64,000 nt of DNA. It comes from Candidatus Micrarchaeota archaeon (GTDB lineage: Archaea > Micrarchaeota > Micrarchaeia > Anstonellales > Bilamarchaeaceae). The translations under genes and the position numbers were made by a program. Position 1 is the first letter of the stretch; each line of letters starts with the position of its first letter. The notes under the pieces were generated by a model that worked only from the letters and a program-made list of their open reading frames with translations, was not told the origin of the DNA and made no database searches. Of this stretch, positions 1-10,327 are shown piece after piece. The DNA is taken from NCBI GenBank assembly GCA_043821365.1, contig JBDRCX010000003.1, positions 32,001-96,000 of the forward strand, written 5' to 3'.

Positions 1-351
1 GCAAGAGTTGCAATAGAAAGATTGTGGAAATCAGCTAAGCATGCAGAAAAACAAAGAAAAACAAAAATTATGATACAGGATTTAGAAGATATTCTGCTAC
101 TAACTCCTGATTTTAAAAAACAGGAACTAAATCTATCAAAAGAGGAAAAATGTATCCTGGAAATTCTTAAGAATGGCCAATTAAGTTCCACCGAAATTTA
201 CGAAGATTTCTCCAAAAAATTCAATAAATCAAAACGTCAAATAAGAAACTATCTTGATTCACTAGAAAAGAAGCGTCTAATAGAATCAGAAGAAATTACA
301 TCTGATGTCATGCTTAAATTAAAGAAATTTAAATTGATTAATCGGAATTGA
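1..351 (+). CDS. C-terminal part of a Cdc6/Orc1-like AAA+ protein with winged-helix domain (5' truncated by window)
   Basis: Frame is open from base 1: ARVAIERLWKSAKHAE resembles the Cdc6 GDAR-x-A-x-x-x-L lid helix, followed by a wHTH-like segment (LSSTEIYEDF...RQIRNYLDSLEKKRLI). Confidence 0.55.
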   Translation, partial: ARVAIERLWKSAKHAEKQRKTKIMIQDLEDILLLTPDFKKQELNLSKEEKCILEILKNGQLSSTEIYEDFSKKFNKSKRQIRNYLDSLEKKRLIESEEITSDVMLKLKKFKLINRN

Positions 352-1154
352 TTAGAATGGATTTTGATGAAATTCAAGGAAAAAACGAACATGTGTATGT
401 ACAAAGCGGCCAGTTGTTCTCAGAGCAGTGCCAACTTCTAGAAAATTCGATCTCACTATCATTTCAAATCTGTTCTATCCTCTTTAATAAAAATCTAAAT
501 GAAAAACAAAAATACCTTCTTGCATTTTTTCACAGAAATATAATCTATTCATCTGCATCATATCAAATGATACGTATGGGCTTTCTTGATCCTGCAGGGA
601 ATAACATGAGAACCATATTTGAGACTATCATATGGCAGTATGCATATCTTACTGAGGATGAAGTATATTCAAATTTCAAAGAAATTGAAGATCTAGAATC
701 TCAAAAAATGAAATCAATTACTGATAAAAAATGGTCTAATACTCAGGAGAGGAAACTCGAAAACTACCGGAGAAAGTATAGTTTCCAGAAAATGATGAAA
801 AAATTATATTCTAAAAAAACATTTGAACAATTTTTCTTTAATCAATATTGGGTTCTATGTCAAAAATCACATTCAAGCATATTTGGTCTTAACTATAATA
901 CACCTAATTTTGAGGGAACAACAACAATTGAAAAAAGGCCAAGTGAAATAAAAGACAATCTTATTGCCCTTTTGTATTTAGAAACAGAAAATCTTATTTG
1001 TTTCCTAAATTGTTTTTCTGATTACCTAACCCAACAACAAATAGACAAAATTCTAATCTTTATAAATAATGTAAATTCAAAAATTCCTCCAGCATTAACT
1101 CTTGCTCCAGATACCAAAGAACTTAAGTTCAACTTAAGATTCAAAGAAGTGTAA
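348..1154 (+). CDS. DUF5677-like (HEPN-related) helical protein
   Basis: Motifs MRTIFE and YWVLCQKSH resemble DUF5677 RxxxE and YxxLxxxxH; very AT-rich; ATGA-type overlap with the upstream gene. Confidence 0.5.
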   Translation: MIRMDFDEIQGKNEHVYVQSGQLFSEQCQLLENSISLSFQICSILFNKNLNEKQKYLLAFFHRNIIYSSASYQMIRMGFLDPAGNNMRTIFETIIWQYAYLTEDEVYSNFKEIEDLESQKMKSITDKKWSNTQERKLENYRRKYSFQKMMKKLYSKKTFEQFFFNQYWVLCQKSHSSIFGLNYNTPNFEGTTTIEKRPSEIKDNLIALLYLETENLICFLNCFSDYLTQQQIDKILIFINNVNSKIPPALTLAPDTKELKFNLRFKEV

Positions 1155-1775
1155 TCAATCCATTCTTATCAGGAATGTTGTTCGATAAAGTCTCTTTCCC
1201 TGGTCTCTTCCAACTAGTTTCTTAGTTATTACGGTCGTTATACCAAGATCAGATACAAGCCTTACGATTGGTTTTGATCTTCCAATATAAATATCAATTC
1301 CTTCGTCTTTTTCTTCAGTTTTTGTTAGAAAAGTAACATTTTCTAATTTGCTGATTAACATAATTGCAGTTTTTTCTATTTTTTTTCTATCCCCTCTAAG
1401 CTGGATTATGCCTTCATAATAACCACCACTAATACGTGAACAATCTTGGCAAATTGTTTTTTTCAGTTCAAGTGGTATTGAACGTTTTACCTTTGCACTG
1501 CTCGACATAATAAAAGTTGCATCCTGACTTTCAAAATCATATGTTGAAGATTCGATGTCACCTTTACACTTACCTAAAATATAATCACTTAATTTTCTCT
1601 TATTGTATGGTACCCATTCTCCGCGGAATTTTATTTTCTCACAACGCGTACAAGTTTCAAATTCTATTTTCTTCGGTATTTCTATCTTTATTGGATAGCA
1701 ATCTGGACAAAATGCTTCTATGAATTCAATTTGATTATTAGTTCTCCCGCATTTGGGGCAAATAAGGTTCGACAT
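1155..1775 (-). CDS. nmd3: NMD3 family ribosome biogenesis protein
   Basis: CPKCG, FCPDC, CTRC and CQDCSR Zn knuckles plus YYEGIIQLRG; likely start MSNLICPKC. Confidence 0.88.
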   Translation of the reverse strand: MSNLICPKCGRTNNQIEFIEAFCPDCYPIKIEIPKKIEFETCTRCEKIKFRGEWVPYNKRKLSDYILGKCKGDIESSTYDFESQDATFIMSSSAKVKRSIPLELKKTICQDCSRISGGYYEGIIQLRGDRKKIEKTAIMLISKLENVTFLTKTEEKDEGIDIYIGRSKPIVRLVSDLGITTVITKKLVGRDQGKRLYRTTFLIRMD

Positions 1776-1860
1776 ACATTTTAAACCATTGAGAATGATA
1801 TTAAAAAACGATGACATTGAAATTCTGGAAAAATTTCAATAATAAAAATCAGGGATTTTT

Positions 1861-3621
1861 ATGACAAAGAACATTAATCAAGCCATAAACTTGACATCTT
1901 ATTTTATCACACTGCCAGAATCACGTTTTATCGTCAGTGGAATCGTTCTCATCGGATTTATCTTTGGTTTGCTCATGAATTTAGATGATCCAAACATCAT
2001 TGAAAGTGCTGTTATTGATGGGATGATGTTGCTTGTTGCCCCTGCACTTTTATCTTCTTTTGTTATCAAAGTTTTAGTTAGAAAAATGCCTTACCGTAGG
2101 ATTGCCGCAACTGCTTTTGCTGGGGAGGTAGTTTATGCTACTGCGTATGTTTCGAGTATGCTACTTTCCAATATTAATCAATTCTGGGCACAACTAGTGA
2201 TTCTAATTGGAGCTGCTATTGTTTTTGTTTTTTGGTATGTAATTGCAAGATTTGTATTTATACTCAAATACCGTTCAATCCTGTTCTCCATAATCCAGCT
2301 TCTATTCTATCTGATATTTTTGTTGAGTGATCAGGCGCTCTATACTTCAAATGCACCATTTTGGGATATTGCAGCCAAATTCTACATATCTTCATTTGTT
2401 CTCTTGGGTGCAATAGTGATCTTCTTTTTTATAATAAATGCACCAATGAAGAAGAATCTTGGTTTAAGTAGTACTGATGCCGCATCTTATTTGTTCAGTG
2501 CATGGTTATATCACAATAAAGATATGGAAAATGCATTTGATCAGGTTGGTGAGGATGCAAAAACTCTTCTAAGTCTAAGTGGATTTAAACGTAAAAATGA
2601 TACTATTTTCTTTGTCACTCCATATGTGCATTATGGTCCATTTGGGAATCTTGGTGGTAGTGAGTTCTCGCATCTTATCGCTGATGCAATGGATAAAAAG
2701 TACAAATCAACTTCGTTTATTTTCCATGGTACTGTTACTCACGATCTAAATCCAGTTGCGACTACAGAAATTAAGAAAATATTGGATGTAGTGGACGAAT
2801 CTATAAAATCAGCAATTTATAAAGATGCAAAAGTGTCCATCTCATTAGGTAAAGAGGCAGAATGCAAAGCTCAAGCACTTAGAATAAACAACTCTGCCAT
2901 AGTGGGTCTAAGCCGCGCTCCAGAAGTTACTGAAGATATTAACCTTGGCCTTGGTATGGCATTGATGTTTGAAGCAGAAAAACACGTAGATAGGGCAATG
3001 ATCATTGATCAGCATAATGCAGAGACTGGTGATATAACTAGTTTTGAACCAGGAAGTCCAATTGCTTTTGGTTATATCCATGCAATTAAGGATGCCATTT
3101 CCAAAAAACCTAAATTCAAAAAACTCAATGTTGGTGTCGCTACACGTTCAATCGATTCAAACACAATAGGGAAAGCTGGCATTAAAGTTGCAATATTCTC
3201 GTCAATTCCAGAATATGTGATCGTGTTAATTGATTCAAATGGTGTTACACCTGGATTCAGAGATCAGATAGAATCATCAATACTTGAACTTGGTAAAAAG
3301 CATAAAAGGAATTTTACAGTCGGTGTGTTCACCACAGATACTCACCAAACAAATATGGTGCGGGGGGTATTGAATCCAGCCAAGGATCAAGAAACAACAC
3401 TTGAACTTATATGTGAGGCGTGTATTGTTGCCATGAATGATATGCAAGAGGCAAAATTCTTTTCAGATACTCGTTGGTTTGATATTAGGGTCATCGGTGC
3501 AAAACAGTCAATTGAAGTCATATCAACAATAAATTCAATTGTTGCAATATCAAAAATTACATTACCATTAATCCTTTTGGGTGGGATACTACTTTTGATA
3601 GGTGTTGTATCGACGTTCTAG
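1861..3621 (+). CDS. DUF2070 family membrane protein (predicted lipid hydrolase)
   Basis: N-terminal TM bundle; PYVHYGPFGNLGGS, FHGTVTHDLNP, IDQHNA and TTDTH motifs typical of archaeal DUF2070. Confidence 0.8.
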   Translation: MTKNINQAINLTSYFITLPESRFIVSGIVLIGFIFGLLMNLDDPNIIESAVIDGMMLLVAPALLSSFVIKVLVRKMPYRRIAATAFAGEVVYATAYVSSMLLSNINQFWAQLVILIGAAIVFVFWYVIARFVFILKYRSILFSIIQLLFYLIFLLSDQALYTSNAPFWDIAAKFYISSFVLLGAIVIFFFIINAPMKKNLGLSSTDAASYLFSAWLYHNKDMENAFDQVGEDAKTLLSLSGFKRKNDTIFFVTPYVHYGPFGNLGGSEFSHLIADAMDKKYKSTSFIFHGTVTHDLNPVATTEIKKILDVVDESIKSAIYKDAKVSISLGKEAECKAQALRINNSAIVGLSRAPEVTEDINLGLGMALMFEAEKHVDRAMIIDQHNAETGDITSFEPGSPIAFGYIHAIKDAISKKPKFKKLNVGVATRSIDSNTIGKAGIKVAIFSSIPEYVIVLIDSNGVTPGFRDQIESSILELGKKHKRNFTVGVFTTDTHQTNMVRGVLNPAKDQETTLELICEACIVAMNDMQEAKFFSDTRWFDIRVIGAKQSIEVISTINSIVAISKITLPLILLGGILLLIGVVSTF

Positions 3622-4454
3622 GCTCCTATCATCATTCTTAATATGTCTCTTATACCCGGTGCAAATCCCATTATTATAATTACTAATGCAATGTAATGTT
3701 TATCTTCTATTGATATTTTTTCTTTGTTTATTACATCTGCAGCTAAGAATGCTATTCCTGTTTTTATAAGGTAAAAGAACAAATATGTTCCACCTATTGC
3801 TCCTATTGCTGCTGAGAATACATGTTGTTCAAAATATCTAATACCAGATATTGTAGAAAAATAATCAATTACAAAAAATGTCGCAGCTCCATCAAGTGCC
3901 TGGCCAGCTACGACTGTGGCCAGTATTTCATTTTTGAAAAATTTCCACGCTATATAGGTTGGTATGGCTGCCAAAATCAATATTGGTATAGAGTAAATCC
4001 AATATTCCATGAATGGTATCAATATCAAGAAATGGGGGAGCCAGAGTGCCAATCCAACATACTTAACCAAGTCCATTCTCTTCAATTTATTGAATACTGC
4101 GATGGATGCTAGAAGTATTGCTGCAGTCAATATATACACTCCTGGGGTTACTGTAACATATCCATAATCCCAAAGATGACTGTTAAGCACAAATTCATGT
4201 ATTGGGGTTACTGGAGCAAAAACATTTGAATCAATTGAATCAGTTACAACTCTTACTGTTGATCCGAATAATACGAAAGCCATAATTCCAAAAATAAAAT
4301 TTTCATCAATTTTCAATTTTATTGTTTTGAACCATCTATGTATGAAAAAAATCGCTACCATTGCAATTACTGCGTATGTAATCGTATTCACTATATTGTA
4401 TCCGCTATGATCCCAAATAGGCTTGATAAAGTATTCGTATATAAAGTTTTCCAC
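3618..4454 (-). CDS. DUF63 family membrane protein
   Basis: GYNIVNTITYA, VTPGVY, QALDGAATF, EQHV and GFAPGIRD motifs; multi-TM. Confidence 0.78.
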   Translation of the reverse strand: MENFIYEYFIKPIWDHSGYNIVNTITYAVIAMVAIFFIHRWFKTIKLKIDENFIFGIMAFVLFGSTVRVVTDSIDSNVFAPVTPIHEFVLNSHLWDYGYVTVTPGVYILTAAILLASIAVFNKLKRMDLVKYVGLALWLPHFLILIPFMEYWIYSIPILILAAIPTYIAWKFFKNEILATVVAGQALDGAATFFVIDYFSTISGIRYFEQHVFSAAIGAIGGTYLFFYLIKTGIAFLAADVINKEKISIEDKHYIALVIIIMGFAPGIRDILRMMIGA

Positions 4455-4466
4455 CGTACCACTTCC

Positions 4467-4766
4467 ATGGATAGTAGACTGAAAAACATTATAAAATCAA
4501 GTGTGCGTTCATCAATTGAAAAATTATTAGATCAATCACGTGATTCATACCTACATAAAAACAAGGCCAGATCTATTCGCTATGTAAAAATGGCGTTTGA
4601 ATTATTAAAAAAGCACAAAATCAAATTGCCAAAACATCTAAGAAATAGTTTCTGCAGAAAATGTTATCTTATTTGGATTCCAGATAAAACAATAAAAATT
4701 CAATTTGATAAGAGAAGTAATTGTTTACGGGTACAATGTAATTGTGGGCATTCAAAAAGACTTTAA
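4467..4766 (+). CDS. rnp4: RNase P protein subunit Rpp21
   Basis: SIRYVKMAFEL...RNSFCRKC...VQCNCGHSKR Zn ribbon; start moved to ATG 4467 because the ORF extension overlaps the opposite-strand gene. Confidence 0.82.
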   Translation: MDSRLKNIIKSSVRSSIEKLLDQSRDSYLHKNKARSIRYVKMAFELLKKHKIKLPKHLRNSFCRKCYLIWIPDKTIKIQFDKRSNCLRVQCNCGHSKRL

Positions 4767-4826
4767 TATACACGAATCCAAGTCCTTTTTAAATCCCATT
4801 TGGTAATATTTTTGTAAGGTAATTCT

Positions 4827-5813
4827 ATGGATTTTTGTCCTCATATTAAACCATACTTAAATCAAGTAGAAGAAACTATCGAATCTGAACTTTCAAAGGA
4901 AGATCAGAATACTTATGGTATGCTTGCTCCATTTATCAAAAGAGGAGGGAAACGTATCCGTCCAGCATTAATATTTCTGTCAGCTGGTGCCACTGGTGGA
5001 AAATATGAAGATGTTTTACAACCATCAATTATACTCGAGTTATTTCATAATTTTACTCTAATACATGATGATATAGAAGACAATTCTCAATTTAGAAGAG
5101 GAGAACCAGCAATACACATATCTCATGGTCTTCCAATTGCATTAAACTCTGGTGATGCACTATATACTTTTCTTTGGAAAAAAATCGTATTTCTTGATAT
5201 CAAACCATCAAAATTACTCAAACTTCAAAGATTGTATGCAACTTCTTTCAAAAGAGTTGTGGATGGGCAAGGTGCTGAGCTTTCCTGGATACAATCAGGT
5301 AAATTTGATGTAACTGAACTAGAATATATAACTATGATAAATGGAAAAACATCCGCACTGATAAGTCTTGCCTGCGAAGTTGGTGCATTGGTGGGTGATG
5401 CACCAAAAAAGATCAGAACTGCATTGAATGTTTATGGTGAGAAAATAGGCGCTGCTTTCCAAATACAGGATGACATCCTGAATCTTACTGGGAATTTTGA
5501 TAGTTATAAGAAAGAGATTGGTGGGGATATAACAGAAGGAAAAAGAACACTGATAGTTGTCCATTGTCTAAATAAGGCTAATGGTCAAGACAAATCACGG
5601 CTAATCGAAATTCTATCTTCACATTCAGCTAATCAGAACGATGTTTCTGAAGCAATTTCAATTCTGAAAAAGTATGGATCAATAGAATATGCAAGAAAAT
5701 ATGCACAGAATTTAGTTGATCAGGCAAAGAAGAAACTCAATGTTCTTCCTGACTCAATTGATAAAACAGCAATGATTAATTTGGCTGAATATGTGGTTAA
5801 TCGTGAATCTTAA
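4827..5813 (+). CDS. idsA: Geranylgeranyl diphosphate synthase (polyprenyl synthetase)
   Basis: GGKRIRP, first Asp-rich motif FTLIHDDIED..RRG, GKT and second motif FQIQDDILN; GGDITEGK. Confidence 0.92.
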   Translation: MDFCPHIKPYLNQVEETIESELSKEDQNTYGMLAPFIKRGGKRIRPALIFLSAGATGGKYEDVLQPSIILELFHNFTLIHDDIEDNSQFRRGEPAIHISHGLPIALNSGDALYTFLWKKIVFLDIKPSKLLKLQRLYATSFKRVVDGQGAELSWIQSGKFDVTELEYITMINGKTSALISLACEVGALVGDAPKKIRTALNVYGEKIGAAFQIQDDILNLTGNFDSYKKEIGGDITEGKRTLIVVHCLNKANGQDKSRLIEILSSHSANQNDVSEAISILKKYGSIEYARKYAQNLVDQAKKKLNVLPDSIDKTAMINLAEYVVNRES

Positions 5814-5883
5814 TTATCTTCTCTCTCGTATCCTCGTCGTTTGAATTCAATGAAAAAGTATTTAAATTAGAGTTACAAAATTA

Positions 5884-7989
5884 TTGTCGATGACCTCCCT
5901 CAAATCAGTAGCGTTCCTACTGTTATTTTCAAGTTTGTTTTTCGCTCTTAACTTGTCACCTTATTTTTTGACAACTGAGGCGAATGTTACTGTTACTTAC
6001 ACTAATTTTTCTATGGATGGCAATAATTATTCCATAGTGAAATTAAATTCCATCAAGACATTTCTTCTGAAAAACGATACAATCATCACAGATCAAACTG
6101 AGTTTGATTCCACACTTTATTCTTACTACATGCAACTTTATTATCCTACAGAAGCTGAAATCGATGAACTTATGGATGCAATAACAACATTCAATGATAG
6201 TAGAAATGATGGATATGATTTCAAGAATAAAGAGGAATATGTCTGTCGTGATGATGTTTTGCTTTCAAATGGAAAAATCTCTGTTTTTAATGAGCCAGTC
6301 ATATGCAAGGATACTGAATCTTGCACCAACAATGCAATGTTATTATTTAGTGTATACGGGCAGGGCCTTGGACTTGGATCGATATCTGTTATTATTGATC
6401 CTCTTATGAACTTTACTCCATCAAGCCTCAAAATGGATTCGCTTCTTGAAAACTATACTGCTAAGCTTGATGATCTAGATGAAGATAATCTTATTTCAAC
6501 ACTTGATTACATAGCAACAACATCACCAGAAATAGAAACATTATCTGAAATGATTGAATATACTATATTCCGTACTCCAAAATTGAATAGCAGCACTGAC
6601 AGGAAAGCATGCGAATACAAGTGCTGGGCAATTTGTCCCTCATTTGATCTTGACCAGGATGCAGCAGAGGACATAGCATCACTATCAGATGCATTGGCAG
6701 ATAAAGTGGCTCCTTTGGATGATTTTGATTCTAATGCTGCTGCAATGTACAATCTCACTATGACGAGGGTGAATTATGCACTCAACACTGCAATTGCTGA
6801 AAATTATACTAATCAATTCAAACCACTAAATAGTTCTGGGAATAAAACAATGGCAGCTGCAAAAGACATTTTGAAACATGTTCTAAATTCTACACTTACA
6901 TTAAAACTCAACCAATTACAAGCACTACACACTTCGATTCCCAATTCAATATCTCAAAGAAACTTCTCCAATCTTAGTAGTGATTTCTTCAACTACCAAA
7001 AACTTGTTATTGAAGTTTCAAATCTTACAAATATTTCTGTTGATCAGTACAACAAAACATTAACTGCCAAAAACCAAGAAAATTCCTTGATAATGTTACT
7101 TGAAACAAAAGATCTTGATCCAATTACTGTTTCTTCACTTGAAGTTTTGAAAGCACAAACAACTGATCTTAACACTCAATTCAGAGATGGATTAACTTTA
7201 GATGAATTGGCAGCTTTAGAAAGCAATTATACAAAAATAACTGAAAGTGCTCAGGATCTATTACGTTCTGAAGGGGAGAGTCCAACAAAGAAAGCAACAT
7301 CTATGTTTAGGGGGCTTGCAAGAAGAGTCAATGTTGGGATTGCTGCTTTGGCAGACAGTACCAATTTTATGCCACGCTCTGAGATTCCAAGTAACCAAAT
7401 GGTGCTTGCTGGGTTTTCATTAGTTATTTTCCTTTCTTTTGCTTCATTAATCGTCTTAGTTTTCCTTTATTTATTTGCACTTAATAATTTCAAAGTTCCA
7501 AAAACACCTCAGATAATGGCAGTAGCCATGTTCTCGATCTTAATCATTCTGTTTATGTTCAGTGCATTTTTGTTTATATTTTTAGATAAGACAGCAACAA
7601 GTGCAACCCTAACTGAGTTTGTGGCTGACTTTGGTCCAAAACAATCTACTGCAATACTGGTAGATCTTAGAAATACTACTCTATCTGATGCTCAAGCTAT
7701 GCAAGATTGCGCAAACAAATTCGCTGATCTTCTTTCAGACCAAAACAAAACATGGACAATTTATTCAGTTTCATCTACCTTCTGTACTGTTTATTATCAT
7801 TCTGGGACCAATTCAAGTTCCACACCAACTGCATGCGAATCCAATGCATCTATCTCAGATTCATCATTTGTACTTGGTTATTCAGATATAATAGATACTA
7901 ACTTCTCAATTATTTATGAAAATAAAGCAGAAATCTCTGCAGATGGAGATTATTATGAGTCCTGCCCGTTAGTTGCTATGTTTGGTTGA
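5884..7989 (+). CDS. Large secreted/membrane protein of unknown function
   Basis: Signal peptide, long helical extracellular region with Cys cluster, two TM helices near residues 505-565, Cys-containing C-terminal domain. Confidence 0.7.
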   Translation: MSMTSLKSVAFLLLFSSLFFALNLSPYFLTTEANVTVTYTNFSMDGNNYSIVKLNSIKTFLLKNDTIITDQTEFDSTLYSYYMQLYYPTEAEIDELMDAITTFNDSRNDGYDFKNKEEYVCRDDVLLSNGKISVFNEPVICKDTESCTNNAMLLFSVYGQGLGLGSISVIIDPLMNFTPSSLKMDSLLENYTAKLDDLDEDNLISTLDYIATTSPEIETLSEMIEYTIFRTPKLNSSTDRKACEYKCWAICPSFDLDQDAAEDIASLSDALADKVAPLDDFDSNAAAMYNLTMTRVNYALNTAIAENYTNQFKPLNSSGNKTMAAAKDILKHVLNSTLTLKLNQLQALHTSIPNSISQRNFSNLSSDFFNYQKLVIEVSNLTNISVDQYNKTLTAKNQENSLIMLLETKDLDPITVSSLEVLKAQTTDLNTQFRDGLTLDELAALESNYTKITESAQDLLRSEGESPTKKATSMFRGLARRVNVGIAALADSTNFMPRSEIPSNQMVLAGFSLVIFLSFASLIVLVFLYLFALNNFKVPKTPQIMAVAMFSILIILFMFSAFLFIFLDKTATSATLTEFVADFGPKQSTAILVDLRNTTLSDAQAMQDCANKFADLLSDQNKTWTIYSVSSTFCTVYYHSGTNSSSTPTACESNASISDSSFVLGYSDIIDTNFSIIYENKAEISADGDYYESCPLVAMFG

Positions 7990-7993
7990 TTAT

Positions 7994-8557
7994 ATGAAAA
8001 AGAGTAAGAAAAATTCTACTAAAAAAGTTGTCAAAAAGGTTCTTGATAAACCTACAATGGATGTTAAGCCAGAAGTGGTTAAGTCTCAAGATAAAGGCGG
8101 TAAACTTAAGCTAGTAGCTGTGGCAATTCTGTTTTTAATCTCTGTTTATCTAGCTCTTTATTTTATCACTGGGTCACAATTCATACCTGGAACTGAAATT
8201 ACACAAGATGAATTCAAGGATGTTTTTTCTTCTGCTGATACTGTGTATATTGTCATGGATGTTAGACAAATAGTAGATGCAACTACTTCTAATGGTGTTC
8301 TCCAATGTGGTGTTGATTTTGCTGCCAGTAATGGAATGGGTGGAAAAACTGTTATTCCTTTGTCTATATCTGATGATGGCTGTATTATTCAATCTGGTGC
8401 AACTCCAACAAATGATTGCATTTCAATGCTTAAGGGTGGCTCTACTATCTATGTCAAAGGTGGAACTGAGCAAACTAAATATTATTCAAATGGAATGGTA
8501 GTTAGTGTTAGTGGTAATTATACATTAGGTACTTGTGGAATTAAAGTATTAAACTGA
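7994..8557 (+). CDS. Single-TM protein with a domain similar to the C-terminus of the upstream gene
   Basis: Lys-rich N-terminus, one TM, then VYIVMDVR...LQCGVDFA resembling AILVDLRN...QDCANKFA upstream. Confidence 0.65.
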   Translation: MKKSKKNSTKKVVKKVLDKPTMDVKPEVVKSQDKGGKLKLVAVAILFLISVYLALYFITGSQFIPGTEITQDEFKDVFSSADTVYIVMDVRQIVDATTSNGVLQCGVDFAASNGMGGKTVIPLSISDDGCIIQSGATPTNDCISMLKGGSTIYVKGGTEQTKYYSNGMVVSVSGNYTLGTCGIKVLN

Positions 8558-9760
8558 TTACCTACTTCGATATCTTAGAAAAGCTCCTATCCCACCAAAA
8601 CCAGTTAGGAACTGTGCGCCTTCAACAGTGTTTGTTGAGATGATTTCAACTGGTATTTCCATCTGTTTTGCAAGTGCATCAAGATCATCTATTAATAGTT
8701 CTTTTGACTGAAGCTTCATTTGTCCATTACAAGTCTTGCACTTTATTGTATCTTCAGGATCTTTTGATGCTTTTTTTTCTTCTATATTACATGCCGGGCA
8801 AGTGTATATCCCAGTTAAATAAGTAAGTCCTTCTGATAGTAAAACTTTTTCTGCCTGTTTGGTCATTATGGTTTCTCGAACCTGTCGTTCACCATATGTT
8901 GCAAGCCCATCACTTACAACGTCCCTTATGAATCTATCAACTAATATCTTTTCTTTAATTGCTTCTTGCTGTGCCAGTATACCATCACTTTTTGATAATA
9001 CTTCTCTGACACCATACTCATCAGTATATCCAGTGTCAACAACTCCCAATACTTTTAATTGGTAGTTAAAAGGACTCATTTTCATGAAGAATTCTTTTGT
9101 TGGTCCGGGTCCACCCACTATAATTCCTTTTACTCGGTTGAGGAATCCTGAATCCATAGCATTTCCAACTCGCTTATAGTAAACTTCAATTTGTTCCTCT
9201 ATCAATCTTTCATATCTACGAGCGCTCTGGCCTCCCTTTCTAATCTTAGCATGTGCAGTTGAATTAAGTTTTTTTATGACAGTTATATTTGTTCCTTTAA
9301 CAATTGCTATGGTTGCTTCTCTTCCATCCATAACTACTATTCCATAGGAATCAGTTGATCCCATCATACTTTGAAGTGGCTCAAGGAAAAATTTACTATC
9401 ACACCTATAGGCTCCAATGTTGAGTGGCTCAGGTGGCTCTATTGTGAATAATTGTATGTCATTTTTAGCTGCATTGTCAGATACATTCCCTGCAAATACT
9501 GCAACTCCATTTTCTGGAGTTTTTTTATAAATTTTAAGATGATTTATGATTCTTTCAAGTGCTCCTAGGACATTTAGTTTGGTTGACTTTGATTTTATGT
9601 TGCTTGCCTGGCTCATTTCTTCCCTTAATTTACCGTTCATTTCATGCACTGCAGATCCTGAAGGAATGTAAACTGATATAAGTTCAGTTCCACTACCGTG
9701 AAACTGTTCCAAAACACGCAATTGTTTACGTAAACGATACATTTTTTCAGAGTCAGCCAT
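8558..9760 (-). CDS. prf1: Peptide chain release factor aRF1
   Basis: GTELISVYIP, NIKS, YRCDSKF and KGGQSARR motifs; C-terminal CxxC-CxxC minidomain. Confidence 0.97.
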   Translation of the reverse strand: MADSEKMYRLRKQLRVLEQFHGSGTELISVYIPSGSAVHEMNGKLREEMSQASNIKSKSTKLNVLGALERIINHLKIYKKTPENGVAVFAGNVSDNAAKNDIQLFTIEPPEPLNIGAYRCDSKFFLEPLQSMMGSTDSYGIVVMDGREATIAIVKGTNITVIKKLNSTAHAKIRKGGQSARRYERLIEEQIEVYYKRVGNAMDSGFLNRVKGIIVGGPGPTKEFFMKMSPFNYQLKVLGVVDTGYTDEYGVREVLSKSDGILAQQEAIKEKILVDRFIRDVVSDGLATYGERQVRETIMTKQAEKVLLSEGLTYLTGIYTCPACNIEEKKASKDPEDTIKCKTCNGQMKLQSKELLIDDLDALAKQMEIPVEIISTNTVEGAQFLTGFGGIGAFLRYRSR

Positions 9761-9762
9761 TT

Positions 9763-9794
9763 CGAAACCACATCTGTCTACATATGAGGTTTCG
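9763..9794 (-). promoter_or_regulatory. Hairpin directly upstream of the aRF1 start, enclosing an ATG-TAG mini-ORF
   Basis: CGAAACC (9763-9769) / GGTTTCG (9788-9794) inverted repeat; minus-strand ATGTAG at 9783-9778. Confidence 0.35.
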
Positions 9795-9846
9795 GCTTCC
9801 TTCCTGAGATATACTCAGAAAGATACCAATACCCCGTCAATCAATA

Positions 9847-10302
9847 CTATTGTTTTAATTTTTCTTTGAAATCAGAAAGTTTTGCTAACAAATCTTGGTC
9901 ATTTAAAGCTAAAATCTGTATTGCCAAAAGTGCAGCATTCTTTCCCATTCCAATACCAACACATGCAACTGGAACATTTGGTGGCATCTGTGCTATTGAA
10001 AAAAGGGCATCCATACCATTTAGTGCTGCATTAACAGGAACTCCAATAACTGGTTTTGTCGTCCTTGATGCTACCATTCCAGGTAAAGCTGCACTTAGAC
10101 CTGCAATTGCAATAAATACTCTCGCAGTTGATTCAGAAATCAATGCCTCTACTTTATCTGGATTACGATGTGCTGACGCTACTTCGTATCTTGCAGATAC
10201 TCCAAATGCAGTAAAAACATCAAGAGCCTGTTTTGCAATTTCCTCATCACTTTTACTTCCAGATAAAATCAGTACTTTTTCCATACAATCATTCTCCCTC
10301 AA
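9847..10302 (-). CDS. purE: N5-CAIR mutase / AIR carboxylase PurE
   Basis: GSKSD, SAHR, PVIGVP and [11 protein letters not shown] motifs; start may be MEKV. Confidence 0.93.
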   Translation of the reverse strand: MRENDCMEKVLILSGSKSDEEIAKQALDVFTAFGVSARYEVASAHRNPDKVEALISESTARVFIAIAGLSAALPGMVASRTTKPVIGVPVNAALNGMDALFSIAQMPPNVPVACVGIGMGKNAALLAIQILALNDQDLLAKLSDFKEKLKQ

Positions 10303-10327
10303 AATAATTAAAAAGAATAGGTAAAAG

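Noticed and set aside
9790-9840. TPP riboswitch-like words (GGGG...CTGAG...ATA) upstream of aRF1
   Set aside because: The second half of the aptamer (GAACCUGAU...GCGNAGGGA) is missing and the downstream gene is unrelated to thiamine.
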